Shown: positions 1 through 10,800, numbered from the stretch's first letter. The stretch is 64,000 nt of DNA from an uncultured Acidimicrobiia bacterium (GCA_963786955.1 CAWBAT010000005.1:32001-96000); one strand, 5' to 3'. The notes: a model not told the origin generated them from the letters alone. Numbers and translations: made by a program.

Positions 1-2
1 CG

Positions 3-992
3 GCCACCCGCCCAGTCCTTGAGTTCGCGACAGCCATGATCAGGCAAGTGGCCAGGCTTTTACCCCTTCCACTAGAGATTTCTTTCTATATGGTGACGCT
101 TGTGATGGGTCCACTTTTGGGCAGTTTCATTACTGAACCGGCCGCAATGACGGTAACTGCCTTGATTTTGAGAGATCGATTTTTCAAGCGGCAGATGTCT
201 AATTGGTTCATGTACCTTACTTTAGGCGCATTGTTCGTGAATGTCTCTATTGGCGGGGTCCTTACTCCCTACGCCGCGCCACCGGTGCTAATGGTGGCAG
301 GCACCTGGAATTGGGACTTCAGCCATATGTTCTGGCAATTCGGCTGGAAAGCAGCCATCGCCACAATGCTCAACACCCTCTTGGTGGCGATCCTTTTCTG
401 GAAGCAACTGAAACAATTGACTCCAACCCAGTCATCCAATCAGGTGCCCCTGTCGCCGCTGTGGCTGCAGGTCCTGCACCTGATATCGTTGGGACTGATA
501 GTGATGACGTCACATCATCGAGCGATGTTCATGGGGATTTTTCTTTTCTTTCTCGGACTCACGACCATCACCAAGGAATTTCAAGAGGAGCTCAAACTGA
601 GACAAAGCCTCTTAGTGGCATTTTTCCTTGCAGGATTGGTCGTATTAGGGGGACTGCAGCGCTGGTGGTTGGAACCACTCATTCGAAGCTTGGATACGCT
701 GCCTCTGTTCCTGGGCGCGGCGACCCTGACGGCCTTTACCGATAATGCCGCCTTAACTTTCCTCGGCTCACAGATTCCCAACATGGGCGATACGCTCAAG
801 TACGCGCTGGTGGCAGGGGCGGTTGCTGGAGGTGGACTGACCGTTATTGCGAATGCCCCCAATCCTGCGGGGTTTGCCATTCTGCGTGAGAGCTTCGGCC
901 CCGAGGGGATCAGCCCAGCCCGGCTATTCGCGGGCGCTTTGGTCCCCACACTGATCGCGCTGGGCTGCTTTTGGTGGTTGCCGTTTATATAG
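3..992 (+). CDS. Putative Na+/H+ antiporter (DUF1504-type membrane protein), 5'-truncated by window edge
   Basis: Highly hydrophobic ORF with family motifs GSFITEPAAMT, NVSIGGVLTPYAAPPVLMVA, TDNAALT and GGGLTVIANAPNPAG. The frame is open upstream of ATG 36 (ATRPVLEF) to the window start. Confidence 0.8.
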   Translation, partial: ATRPVLEFATAMIRQVARLLPLPLEISFYMVTLVMGPLLGSFITEPAAMTVTALILRDRFFKRQMSNWFMYLTLGALFVNVSIGGVLTPYAAPPVLMVAGTWNWDFSHMFWQFGWKAAIATMLNTLLVAILFWKQLKQLTPTQSSNQVPLSPLWLQVLHLISLGLIVMTSHHRAMFMGIFLFFLGLTTITKEFQEELKLRQSLLVAFFLAGLVVLGGLQRWWLEPLIRSLDTLPLFLGAATLTAFTDNAALTFLGSQIPNMGDTLKYALVAGAVAGGGLTVIANAPNPAGFAILRESFGPEGISPARLFAGALVPTLIALGCFWWLPFI

Positions 993-1084
993 CAGCTTAC
1001 AAAAACCTTTCGATGTCGGACTTTACTTCATGAGATTTTAGAGATTTCGTAACTTTCATGGTTGAGTGCTCATTATCCTAATTC

Positions 1085-3391
1085 ATGGTAAGCTTTATTG
1101 AAACCATGCTTTTTGGATGGAAACCTAGCACCGACACCATTGATCTCTTTGTTCTCTCCGGCTTCGCTTTCGCGCAGCCTGTCTTTGATTTGCTTTCTAA
1201 GAACGCCTCTTTTCTTGTTGCCCACCAATCCAAGCCGGTCGATATTATTCTGCTTGTTTTGGCTTTGTGCCTGGTTGTTCCAGTTACACTGGTATGCCTG
1301 GAAAGCGGGGCATCACTGATTGGCCTCAGGTGCAAAAGAACCACCCATATCATTCTCGTGGCTTCTCTGGTAGAGGTAATACTGCTGCCGTTTCTGAAAC
1401 GTTTGGAATGGCTGCCTGGGATTGTCTTGCTGCTTGTCTCACTAGCGCTGGGCTTGGCTTTTGCTCTGACCTACTTGAGGTTCCGGAGCAAACGAGTATC
1501 ACTAATCATTCTCTTTCCGACGCTACTGCTTTTCCCCGTGCTGTTCCTGGTCAAATCACCTGTATACAGAGCAGTTATGGGCGGGAATAATTCCAGCGCG
1601 GTTTATCCAGAGATCCATTCGCCGCCGCCGATTGTAATGGTCATCTTCGACGAGTTCCCGCTTGTCTCTTTACTGGATGAATGGCAAGGAATCGACTACG
1701 AACTCTACCCTAATTTTGCAGCCCTCTCGAAAGGGGTCACTTGGTACCGTAATGCCACATCGGTCGCCGAAGGCACGCATAACGCCATGCCAGCGATATT
1801 GGACGGGCTGTATCCAAGCTTAGATATTCAATTGCCCAATGCCATAGATCACCCCCGGACCTTGTTTACTCTGCTCGGAGGAGCTTACGATTTCCATGTA
1901 ATTGAGAACAATACTCGGCTGTGTCCGCATCAACTGTGTGGAGACATGAAAGGGAAGATTTCGCTTTGGCGGCGGACGTATGAGCTGTGGCTGGACGTGA
2001 GCGTACTCTTTGCTTATCTTCTCCTTCCCATTGATTTGACGGCCGGTCTGCCGGATATATCGCAATCATGGAAAAACTTCAGAATTACCCCGGGTGCATC
2101 ATCCGAGGCCAAGAATTTCCTAACGAATTACCACAAGCTGATGAAGTGGGAGGACCGGCCCGCGGTATTCAAAAGATTTGTGAATTCTATCGAATATTCT
2201 TCAAGACCTACTCTGCACTTCCTGCATGTTCTCCTCCCTCATGCGCCCTGGGAATACCTGCCTTCCGGGGAGAAGCATAGTCCTGACGCAACCGTCGGCA
2301 GCGAGAGCCTCAAATCTCAAGATGGTGAGAAGTATCCCTTGCGGTGGACCAATGACTGGCCAGTAACAGCGCAAGCCTACCGGAATCATCTGCTTCAAGT
2401 TGGGCTGGTCGACCACCTGGTTGGCGAGCTTATTGATCATCTCAAAAGCATTGGACTTTACGATCCGTCTCTAATTGTGATCACGGCCGATCATGGGGTG
2501 AGCTTTCGCACTAATGAGTTCCGCAGACGGGTCTCTGCCGCCAACTATGCCGATATCATGTCCGTTCCGCTTTTTATCAAACAACCCTACCAGAAAAAAG
2601 GTCGAGTGGATGATCAGAACGTTGAAACCATCGATATTCTACCTACTATGGCTGATATCCTGGGCATTCACCTGTCGTGGAAGCTCGATGGGCAGTCAGT
2701 GCTGAACCTCCCACCATCAGCGAAGAATGAAAAGAACTTTTTTGGTGAAAACGGCAGAATCGTGATTGCCTCCCCGATGATGCAGGCAAGATCCTATGCA
2801 GTTCGGCAAAAGCTGAGGGCGGTTGGTGTGGGCGGAGGGCTGGATAATATCAACTCAATCGCTACGCCCAGTGAACTCATTGGACGGTGTGATATGCGAA
2901 TTGATGACTCCGTTCCGCCGACAAACACCCTGACTACCGCTCAATACAAGTGGGGGGATCTTATTCAATTGGCGAAGGGGGGCAACGGCAAGTTATATCA
3001 AGCTGAGGGTTGGGGAGATGCAGAACACCAATTCACCTGGATTGACGGGAAAAGGGCCAGGATTATCTTACCTATTTCCAATCCGCAGTCAGCAGTGAGC
3101 TTATGGATGCGCCTTGGCGCCTACGTGGTCCCAAGTATCGTGGATAGACAGAAGGTTCGTGTCCTGGTGAATGATCAGTTTCTAGAAGAATGGGTCATAC
3201 GATCTTCGGATTTTCACGAACGCATACTCTTCATCCCCAAAGAAATGCTCGGGAGTTCGAAGAGTCTAGTCATCACCCTGGAGGTGCCCGAAGCCGTGTC
3301 TCCACTTAACATTGGCACTGCAGCTGACCCACGTGAACTTGGAATTGCAGCAGAGTGGATGAAATTATCTTCGCAAGAAAGCTGCCAATAA
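1085..3391 (+). CDS. Membrane-anchored sulfatase/LTA-synthase-fold (alkaline phosphatase superfamily) protein, paralog 1
   Basis: About 5 N-terminal TM helices, then metal-site motifs VIFDEFP, HVLLPHAPW and ITADHG plus DILPT. Thr (EGTHNA) sits at the nucleophile position instead of CxPxR. C-terminal GWGDAEHQFTWIDG...DPRELGI beta-sandwich domain. Confidence 0.8.
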   Translation: MVSFIETMLFGWKPSTDTIDLFVLSGFAFAQPVFDLLSKNASFLVAHQSKPVDIILLVLALCLVVPVTLVCLESGASLIGLRCKRTTHIILVASLVEVILLPFLKRLEWLPGIVLLLVSLALGLAFALTYLRFRSKRVSLIILFPTLLLFPVLFLVKSPVYRAVMGGNNSSAVYPEIHSPPPIVMVIFDEFPLVSLLDEWQGIDYELYPNFAALSKGVTWYRNATSVAEGTHNAMPAILDGLYPSLDIQLPNAIDHPRTLFTLLGGAYDFHVIENNTRLCPHQLCGDMKGKISLWRRTYELWLDVSVLFAYLLLPIDLTAGLPDISQSWKNFRITPGASSEAKNFLTNYHKLMKWEDRPAVFKRFVNSIEYSSRPTLHFLHVLLPHAPWEYLPSGEKHSPDATVGSESLKSQDGEKYPLRWTNDWPVTAQAYRNHLLQVGLVDHLVGELIDHLKSIGLYDPSLIVITADHGVSFRTNEFRRRVSAANYADIMSVPLFIKQPYQKKGRVDDQNVETIDILPTMADILGIHLSWKLDGQSVLNLPPSAKNEKNFFGENGRIVIASPMMQARSYAVRQKLRAVGVGGGLDNINSIATPSELIGRCDMRIDDSVPPTNTLTTAQYKWGDLIQLAKGGNGKLYQAEGWGDAEHQFTWIDGKRARIILPISNPQSAVSLWMRLGAYVVPSIVDRQKVRVLVNDQFLEEWVIRSSDFHERILFIPKEMLGSSKSLVITLEVPEAVSPLNIGTAADPRELGIAAEWMKLSSQESCQ

Positions 3392-4075
3392 CCAGTAACC
3401 ATTATTCACCGAGTCCCACACAAGCGTTCAAAATTCAACCACTTGTCAAACAGGTAAAACATTTGCACAGGGCGGGTTCCTGACCTTAAAGGATTTCCCT
3501 ATATGAGGATACTTTTCTTGGCTAATGAAAAGATCAAGGTTTTGTTAGCCAACTCCCCAATCTCGGTGAATGTCGATAATAGGCCGAATATCTACAGCTG
3601 CCGGACACCATTGGATGGCAGAAACCGATCATGGAATTCCAAAATCATCTCTTAAAAGTCTATTCCGATTTCTCTACTGTTCGGCCTATGTGATCAAAAG
3701 TGAATGAGGTGGTGGAGGGCTGGAACGGGCAATTGCTCAAAGGATCACTTGCTGGCATAATGTGATGATAATGTCTTAAACGCTGGCTACATTAGTCTTA
3801 TGACTGAGATCCCGTTTCCTTCAGCTATGAAGGTCGGGTCGTTATCGAAGTATTTGGGCTCAGGAGGATGGTCGCACCGAATATATCGCAGCTAAAACAC
3901 ACACTGGCTGCTGCTTGACGAGCGTCATGGACCAGAGGACCAGCATTGTAATCAGCGTTGCACGAACGGTAAAGAGATGGCGCTGCGAAGGCTGACACCG
4001 TTTCCTACTATAAGAACAGGATCAAGCCGGACGATGTTCTTCTACGGATCAGGAGGCTGGGATTGGGGGGGATGA

Positions 4076-4312
4076 ATGAAAATGACTAAGAATTTGGTCA
4101 TACTTGTTGCACTAATCACTTTGCTTAATCTAGTTTTTCCGCAGCGAAGCTATGCGTATATAGATCCTGGAAGCGGAAGCTATTTTCTGCAAATCCTCGT
4201 GGCTGGATTACTAGGCCTCCTCTACTCAATCAAACTTTTCTGGGCCAGGATTCGAGTCTCGCTCGCAAAGTGGGCACCTGGCTTGAAAATTTCAAAATTT
4301 TTCAAATCGTGA
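4076..4312 (+). CDS. Small secreted/membrane peptide with YIDPGSGS motif
   Basis: Signal-like N-terminus ending SYA, then YIDPGSGS, a hydrophobic helix and a basic tail. G-rich RBS upstream. Its stop overlaps the next gene start (GTGA at 4309-4312). Confidence 0.8.
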   Translation: MKMTKNLVILVALITLLNLVFPQRSYAYIDPGSGSYFLQILVAGLLGLLYSIKLFWARIRVSLAKWAPGLKISKFFKS

Positions 4313-5742
4313 AATCAGCTCTTCCGTTCGAAAACTTGATCCACCCTTTGCGGGAATCTTTCCGAGATCCCAGTGGCTTTCTCTACCTTAGAGGTGAGAC
4401 GCTCTTGCGGCAGGTTAACTCTCGCTCCCGAGAAAACTACGACGGTTTGATGACTTCAGGCCTCTATGATCTTTTGACTCAAGCGCAATTATTGGTGGCG
4501 CATGAAGAAGAGAGGATTGAGCAGGCAGCCACGGAAGAAGCGTACAAAATTCTTCGTCCGGAGTTGATCCCATTTATCTCATATCCTTATGAATGGAGTT
4601 TCAGCCAGCTCCAAGACGCTGCGTTGCTTACCCTAAGGATCCAAAAAGAATCACTGGGGCTGGGGATGTCCCTCAAAGATTGCAGCGCGTACAACGTCCA
4701 GTTTCGAAATGGCCGACCGATTTTTATCGATATCCTCTCCTTTGAAAAATACCAGGAGGGACGACCTTGGATTGCTTACAGGCAGTTTTGCCAGCACTTT
4801 CTGGCACCCTTGGCATTAATGGCTTATACGGACGCTCGGTTAAACCAGCTCTCCCGCGTTCATATTGATGGCGTCCCCCTCGATTTGGCCAGTTCACTCT
4901 TACCTTTTCGGACACATGCTCGATTCGCGTTGCTCTTTCATATCCATCTTCACGCAAAGTCGCAGAGGCATTTCGCGAAGAGAACTGCTCAGCCAACCCG
5001 CCGCAGAGTGAGCCGGCATGAGGCTCTCGGTTTGATAGACAACCTGAAAACCGCGATTCAAAGAATGAAATGGCAGCCTCTCAGCAGTGAATGGAGTGAT
5101 TACTATGCGGCCACCAATTACAGCACTGAGGCGTTTCTCTCGAAGAAGCAACTGGTAACTCAAATCCTGAAGGAGGTCAACCCCCGCCCGTCGATCATAT
5201 GGGATCTGGGATCCAACACCGGTGAGTTTAGCCGTTTAGCCAGTGAGATGGGAATCCAAACCATTTCTTTCGATGGGGATCCTGCTTGCGTTGAAAAGAA
5301 TTATCTGGAATGTAGAAATCGCGGTGAGACACATCTCCTCCCACTTCTACTTGACTTGACCAACCCAAGCTCAGGCCTTGGCTGGGAAAACGGTGAAAGA
5401 CGGTCCATTTTAGAACGAGGGCCCGCAGATGCTGTTCTGGCCTTGGCTTTAATACACCACCTGGCCATCGCAAACAACTTGCCCTTGTCGAAAATTGCGG
5501 CTTTCTTCGGGCGGATTTGTCGTTCACTGGTTATCGAGTTTGTGCCAAAGACCGATTCACAAGCCGCAAGACTGCTAGCCACTCGAGACGACGTCTTCGA
5601 GAACTACAATCAGATGAATTTCGAGCAGGAATTCAGTGGGTTTTTTAAGATCAAATTATCGGCAAACATATCTGGCACTCAGAGAACTATCTATTGGATG
5701 GAGAAAATCATCGAGTCACAATGTGACTCTCCCCTCAGTTGA
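4309..5742 (+). CDS. NoeA-like class I SAM-dependent methyltransferase with N-terminal kinase-like region
   Basis: SFRDPSG N-terminus, ISYPYEWSF, LKDCSAYNVQF...FID, SAM motif I WDLGSNTGEFS, LALALIHHL and IEFVP. Start placed at GTG 4309 (translational coupling) rather than 4270. Confidence 0.8.
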   Translation: MKSALPFENLIHPLRESFRDPSGFLYLRGETLLRQVNSRSRENYDGLMTSGLYDLLTQAQLLVAHEEERIEQAATEEAYKILRPELIPFISYPYEWSFSQLQDAALLTLRIQKESLGLGMSLKDCSAYNVQFRNGRPIFIDILSFEKYQEGRPWIAYRQFCQHFLAPLALMAYTDARLNQLSRVHIDGVPLDLASSLLPFRTHARFALLFHIHLHAKSQRHFAKRTAQPTRRRVSRHEALGLIDNLKTAIQRMKWQPLSSEWSDYYAATNYSTEAFLSKKQLVTQILKEVNPRPSIIWDLGSNTGEFSRLASEMGIQTISFDGDPACVEKNYLECRNRGETHLLPLLLDLTNPSSGLGWENGERRSILERGPADAVLALALIHHLAIANNLPLSKIAAFFGRICRSLVIEFVPKTDSQAARLLATRDDVFENYNQMNFEQEFSGFFKIKLSANISGTQRTIYWMEKIIESQCDSPLS

Positions 5743-5854
5743 GAAGCGGGAAGTCACGGTCGCCCAGTAGATAGATTCGTCCCTCCATTTTCTTGATTCT
5801 CATTTAGCTCTTTCGTTCTACCCTCCCTCAGGGTCGAGAAGAGAAAGATTCGGT

Positions 5855-8446
5855 ATGAACACTAGAACTGAGTTTGCATTAAATGCGACTGACATTTTAG
5901 TCTTGTGCGCATTTGGGATTGCGCAACCCTTCTTTGATGTGCTCTCCAAGAATTCGAGCTTTTTCGTCATCCATCGAACTTCGTCTTTAGGAATTTGTTT
6001 CGTGGCGATAGTCCTGAGTTTCTTTATCCCTGGCTTTTTGGTGGCCATTGAGGCAATGGTTAGCCTCTTGGGGAGAACAAAGCTACGTGTGACACACTCT
6101 CTCGTCGTTGCCTTTCTCATCGCTGCGGCGATTCTCCCTTTCACGAAAGGGATCCCTGGAATCAGTGGAGGTCTGAAAATGGTGGCCGTCTTATCGGCCT
6201 CATTGGCAGGTTCCTTTGCTTATATTAAATTCAGAACCCGTAGCCTTTCCTTGGTTTTTCTCCTACCAGCCGTACTTATTTTCCCCCTCTTGTTTTTGTT
6301 CCATTCTCCTGTGAGCAGGCTCCTTTTTCAAGAATCCCATTGGCAGCTGGAGGCTCATAAGGTCCGAAACCCTGCCCCCATCGTCATGGTGATCTTTGAC
6401 GAATTTCCTTTATCCTCACTCTTGAACGAAAAGAATTTGATCGATGCTATCCACTACCCCCATTTTGCCTCATTGGCAGCGGAATCCACTTGGTATCGCA
6501 ACGCCACTTCGGTCAGTGATGGCACGCTCAACGCGGTTCCAGCGATTCTCGATGGGATGTATCCGAAGCCTGGACTGGGACTACTGCCAAATGCCGATGA
6601 TCATCCTCGCAACTTATTCACACTTCTGGGAAAAAGCTATCAACTGAATGTCCACGAAAGCAATACTCGACTATGTCCGGCAGAGCTGTGCGAGGAGCAG
6701 AGTATGATCCCACTTTCGCAAAAGATTGAGAGACTGGTGGAAGATCTCTCGCTGATCTACCTTTACGTCCTTCTCCCATCGGACTTGACCCATCGCCTCC
6801 CGAGCATTTCAAATTCCTATAAAGATTTCTTGGAGACGAAGGTCAATGCTGTTCTCAATCCCGACACCCTCGACCGTTACCATGAACTCATGGAGTGGAC
6901 CGGCCGGCCGGCAGCCTTCAGTACCTTTGTTGAATCCATCTTACCTTCGAATAAACCCACGTTGCATTTCCTGCATATCCTGCTTCCTCATGCTCCCTGG
7001 CAGTTTCTTCCATCAGGGAAGAAATATACGTTTGACGATAAGATAAGGGGCGTGGTTGGACCCAACGAGATCGGAAAAGACCCAGATCAGTGGACCAGTG
7101 ACCCTTGGCCTGTAACCCAGGCGTACCAGCAACATTTACTCCAGGTAGGGTTCGTCGACCGTCTAGTGGGAGATCTGGTCAAGCACTTGAAAGATGCGGG
7201 TCTTTATGAGTCGGCTCTGATGGTTATGGTCGCCGATCATGGATCGAGCTTCCGTCCTGGTCTATCACGCAGGAAACCTTCACCCTCCAATTTCCCAGAC
7301 ATCCTCTCTGTACCTCTATTCATCAAGCTCCCCCAGCAGACCAAAGGGAAAATTGACGATCGAAATGTGGAGACTGTGGATATCCTGCCAACCATTGCCG
7401 AGCTACTCAATACAAAGATGACGGGGAAAACGGAAGGACAATCTTTTGCTTCTTCCGAATTGCCCGAGAAACCGCGGAAAACCTTCATCGTCAACACTGG
7501 CGAGCAAATCGTTCTGAACGCCAATGATTTTGCGGGTTTGGATAAAGTGGGTTACAAGATTGATTTGTTTGGACCTGTAGAAGACAAGGAATGGCTCTTT
7601 CGAGTGGGCCCAAATCATGAAATCGTGGCCCGGCCATTGAGTAGTTTCGACAAGATCGGAACATCTCAAGTCAGGTGTGAGGTGGACCGGGTTAACCACT
7701 ATAGCAATGTCAACCCGAAAGGCAACTTCTTGATAACCAGATTAGACGGTACAATTTACGATCGGAAACCAACGACTCCCACTCCCATAAATTTGGCCAT
7801 TGCGATCAATGGCGTGATCCAGGCCGTCACCACCTCATTCCGAGAGAGAGACGTTGAAAGATTCTCCGCTCTCTTGCCTGAGTCGGCGTTTCGACAAGGT
7901 CATAATAACGTAAGGGTCTTTATGACCGAATCGTCCAGTGCTTCTGTTCTCCACGAGATCTCGAAGAACAATCTTCCTGTTTATCATTGGGATTCTCTGG
8001 TCAACTTCACGACCAACGGCAATGGAAAACTATACCAAGGATTAGGGTGGGGGGAGGCAGAGGACGTCCACACCTGGACGGTGGCACGTCAAGCCCATCT
8101 TGTATTTCGCTTCCTTGCGCCGAAATCTTCGATCATTTTAACAGCCCGATATCACCCCTATCTGGCCCCTGGCAAAGTCCCGGCCCAAAAGGTAAATGTT
8201 TTTTTCAATCGCCGGCTTATTAAGGAGTCTCAGACGGACCATCCTGGCGACCAGAACTTGACTGTTTTAGTCCCACACGAATGTTTTGCCGATACAGGTG
8301 TTTCGGTCGTCACCTTTGAAATTCCCACTGCGGTTGCCCCAGCCAGCATTGGGAGGGGACCTGATGAACGTCTTTTAGGAATCGGCGTTAAATGGTTGAA
8401 GCTAACGCCCGTTAAAGGGTCGTCTGCGTCCTTACCTCCCCAATAG
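5855..8446 (+). CDS. Membrane-anchored sulfatase/LTA-synthase-fold protein, paralog 2
   Basis: Clear paralog of 1085-3391 (AQPFFDVLSKN, VIFDEFP, WYRNATSVSDGT, HILLPHAPW, VADHG, DILPT), with an extra internal domain before the same C-terminal GWG..E..TW domain. Confidence 0.8.
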   Translation: MNTRTEFALNATDILVLCAFGIAQPFFDVLSKNSSFFVIHRTSSLGICFVAIVLSFFIPGFLVAIEAMVSLLGRTKLRVTHSLVVAFLIAAAILPFTKGIPGISGGLKMVAVLSASLAGSFAYIKFRTRSLSLVFLLPAVLIFPLLFLFHSPVSRLLFQESHWQLEAHKVRNPAPIVMVIFDEFPLSSLLNEKNLIDAIHYPHFASLAAESTWYRNATSVSDGTLNAVPAILDGMYPKPGLGLLPNADDHPRNLFTLLGKSYQLNVHESNTRLCPAELCEEQSMIPLSQKIERLVEDLSLIYLYVLLPSDLTHRLPSISNSYKDFLETKVNAVLNPDTLDRYHELMEWTGRPAAFSTFVESILPSNKPTLHFLHILLPHAPWQFLPSGKKYTFDDKIRGVVGPNEIGKDPDQWTSDPWPVTQAYQQHLLQVGFVDRLVGDLVKHLKDAGLYESALMVMVADHGSSFRPGLSRRKPSPSNFPDILSVPLFIKLPQQTKGKIDDRNVETVDILPTIAELLNTKMTGKTEGQSFASSELPEKPRKTFIVNTGEQIVLNANDFAGLDKVGYKIDLFGPVEDKEWLFRVGPNHEIVARPLSSFDKIGTSQVRCEVDRVNHYSNVNPKGNFLITRLDGTIYDRKPTTPTPINLAIAINGVIQAVTTSFRERDVERFSALLPESAFRQGHNNVRVFMTESSSASVLHEISKNNLPVYHWDSLVNFTTNGNGKLYQGLGWGEAEDVHTWTVARQAHLVFRFLAPKSSIILTARYHPYLAPGKVPAQKVNVFFNRRLIKESQTDHPGDQNLTVLVPHECFADTGVSVVTFEIPTAVAPASIGRGPDERLLGIGVKWLKLTPVKGSSASLPPQ

Positions 8447-8823
8447 ACCTTAGGATAGGGAGGATCGGGTGATTCGAGAAGCAGCCGTTCATTGGGTCGC
8501 TCGAGTCTTGTAGGGTGGTTCCAGTGAAAGCACATCTCCCCGGAGCCTGAAGCTCTGCGTTCGCCGTTCCGAAATGCGTTTGTCTGGATGCATATGGACG
8601 TGGGGGCGGCTGGCTCGCCTTGCCCAATCAGGGAGGCCAGCGTCACAGAAAACATGAAACTGGCAAGCCACCACCAGTAAAGGATGTGCATACCGAGTGA
8701 TGTTGAGATGCAAAGCATGCTGGAAGATGTGTGATAATTCTAACTTAAGGTTACTCTCTGGCAGAGTTCGGAGAATATTTGATCCAGTCGCCACAGTATC
8801 TTCCCTGTGATCTTCCGGGGGAA

Positions 8824-10699
8824 ATGATGAATATCAAAGGAAGTCTCGGTGCTGAGTACGATGGCGCAGATCATTGCCGCTTCTGTGTCTGGGCCCCCGC
8901 AGGCAAACACTCTCGAACTTCATTTACTCGAACCGATGGATTGTTACCTGAAAATGGAGAAGAACCATTCAGGTTACTTCAGCATTGAGATTGAGGGGGT
9001 TAAGCCCGGAACCCTTTACTTGTATCGGATTGACGGTTCCATTGAACGGCCTGATCCAGCCTCAAGATTCCAGCCTCAAGGGGTGCATGGCCCCTCCCAG
9101 ATAGTCGATTCGCGTTTCACATGGGAAGACCATCAATGGCACGGTCTTCCACTTCAAAATTACATCCTATACGAGCTTCACGTAGGAGTTTTTTCGGAAG
9201 AGGGAACCTTTTCTGCCATTATTTCAAAGCTTGCTCAATTGAAATCCCTTGGAATAACCGCTATCGAGCTGATGCCAGTGGCGCAATTTTCCGGTAGCCG
9301 GAACTGGGGATATGACGGGGTCGATCTGTTTGCTCCCCAGAATTCTTACGGTGGTCCGGACGGACTCAAAGAACTAGTCAATCGGTGCCACCATCAGGGA
9401 ATTGCTGTGGTATTAGACGTCGTGTATAACCATCTAGGGCCAGAGGGAAATTACCTTGCAGACTACGGCCCTTATTTTACTAACCGATACGAGACTCCGT
9501 GGGGATCAGCCATTAACTTTGACGGGCCGAACAGCGATGATGTCCGGCACTTCTTTGTTGAGAATGCGTTGTACTGGGTCAGCGAGTTTCATATCGACGC
9601 CCTCCGTCTAGATGCAATCCATTCCATTTTCGATCATACCGCTGTTCCTTTTCTCGAAGAGCTCGGCGAGGCCGTTCACCAGCGAGCTCAAGAGCTTAAT
9701 CGTCAAATTTACGTGATACTCGAAAGCTCGCTCAATGACACTCGAGTCATCCGCGAAAGAGAATTGGGGGGATATGGACTTGACGCACAATGGAATGATG
9801 ATTTTCACCATTCTTTAAGGACACTGTTAACCAATGACCGCGCCGGATACTATTGTGATTTTGGCGAAATCCGGCAATTTGCTAAGGCATACCGTGAAGG
9901 TTACGTTTATTCGGGAGAATACTCCGGTTATCGTGGTCGTCGTCATGGAAATTCGTCAAGTTCCATTCCCGCCGAGAAGTTTGTTGTGTATTCACAAAAC
10001 CATGACCAGGTAGGAAACCGTTTGCTGGGAGATCGTCTCACCCAAATGGTTACGTTCGATGGTCTGAAACTAGCTGCCGGCGCTGTATTACTTTCCCCGT
10101 ACATCCCATTACTCTTCATGGGCGAAGAGTATGGGGAGACTGCCCCCTTCCTGTATTTTGTCAGTCACTCCGACCCCGTCTTAATCGAAGCTGTGAGGAT
10201 GGGAAGAAAAAAAGAATTTGCCTTCCTTGCCTGGAAGGGGGAGCCCCTTGACCCACAGGACGAATACGCCTTTCTGAGGTGCAAACTTGATCATCGGCTT
10301 GCAGAGAGAGAGCCGCATAAGATTCTTTTGGAATTTTATAAGGAACTCATCCGGTTGCGAAAAAGCCAACCAGCCTTGGCACTCCTGAGCAAAGAGAATA
10401 TCGAGGTCGTCGGAATGGAGGAACAAAAGGTACTTTATCTGCGGCGGTGGAATGGGGATGAAGAAATAATCTGCGTTTTCAATTTCAGCAATGGGAAAAT
10501 TTCGGTCACTCTTCCGGTCCCACCAGGTCGTTGGGTTGCCTTGCTGGATTCTTCAGAGCATCGGTGGTTGGGACCTGGAAGTTCTGTTCAGGAAGTCCAG
10601 AACTCAAAAGGAGAAGCCGTTCTTCCCTTGAATCCCAAATCTTTGGTGATGTATAAGAAGGCTGTGACAACTGAAGGGTCCCACTCAGTAAAACCTTAG
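8824..10699 (+). CDS. treZ: Malto-oligosyltrehalose trehalohydrolase (GH13), frameshifted near N-terminus
   Basis: GH13 TreZ motifs YELHVG, RNWGYDGV, DVVYNHLGPEGNYL, LRLDAIH and QNHDQVGNR. The typical N-terminus (LGA...RFCVWAP) lies in another frame and joins if one C is removed from the C5 run at 8894-8898. Confidence 0.9.
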
Positions 10700-10800
10700 T
10701 CCAGCAATCAGCAAATAAGATTGAACTTTATTTTTTTCTTACAATCGGACACCGGGTGTAGAAACAACTCGCTGGGCATTGATCGTCCAGACGGTCTTTA

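Noticed and set aside
8230-8794. Minus-strand ORFs of 162 and 101 aa between the sulfatase-like gene and treZ
   Set aside because: No recognisable motifs or RBS, and one overlaps a real gene in antisense; treated as shadow ORFs.
8894-8898. Programmed frameshift or phase variation in treZ
   Set aside because: A C5 run is short for a contingency locus and lies in a block with many single-base indels. Error or decay is more parsimonious.
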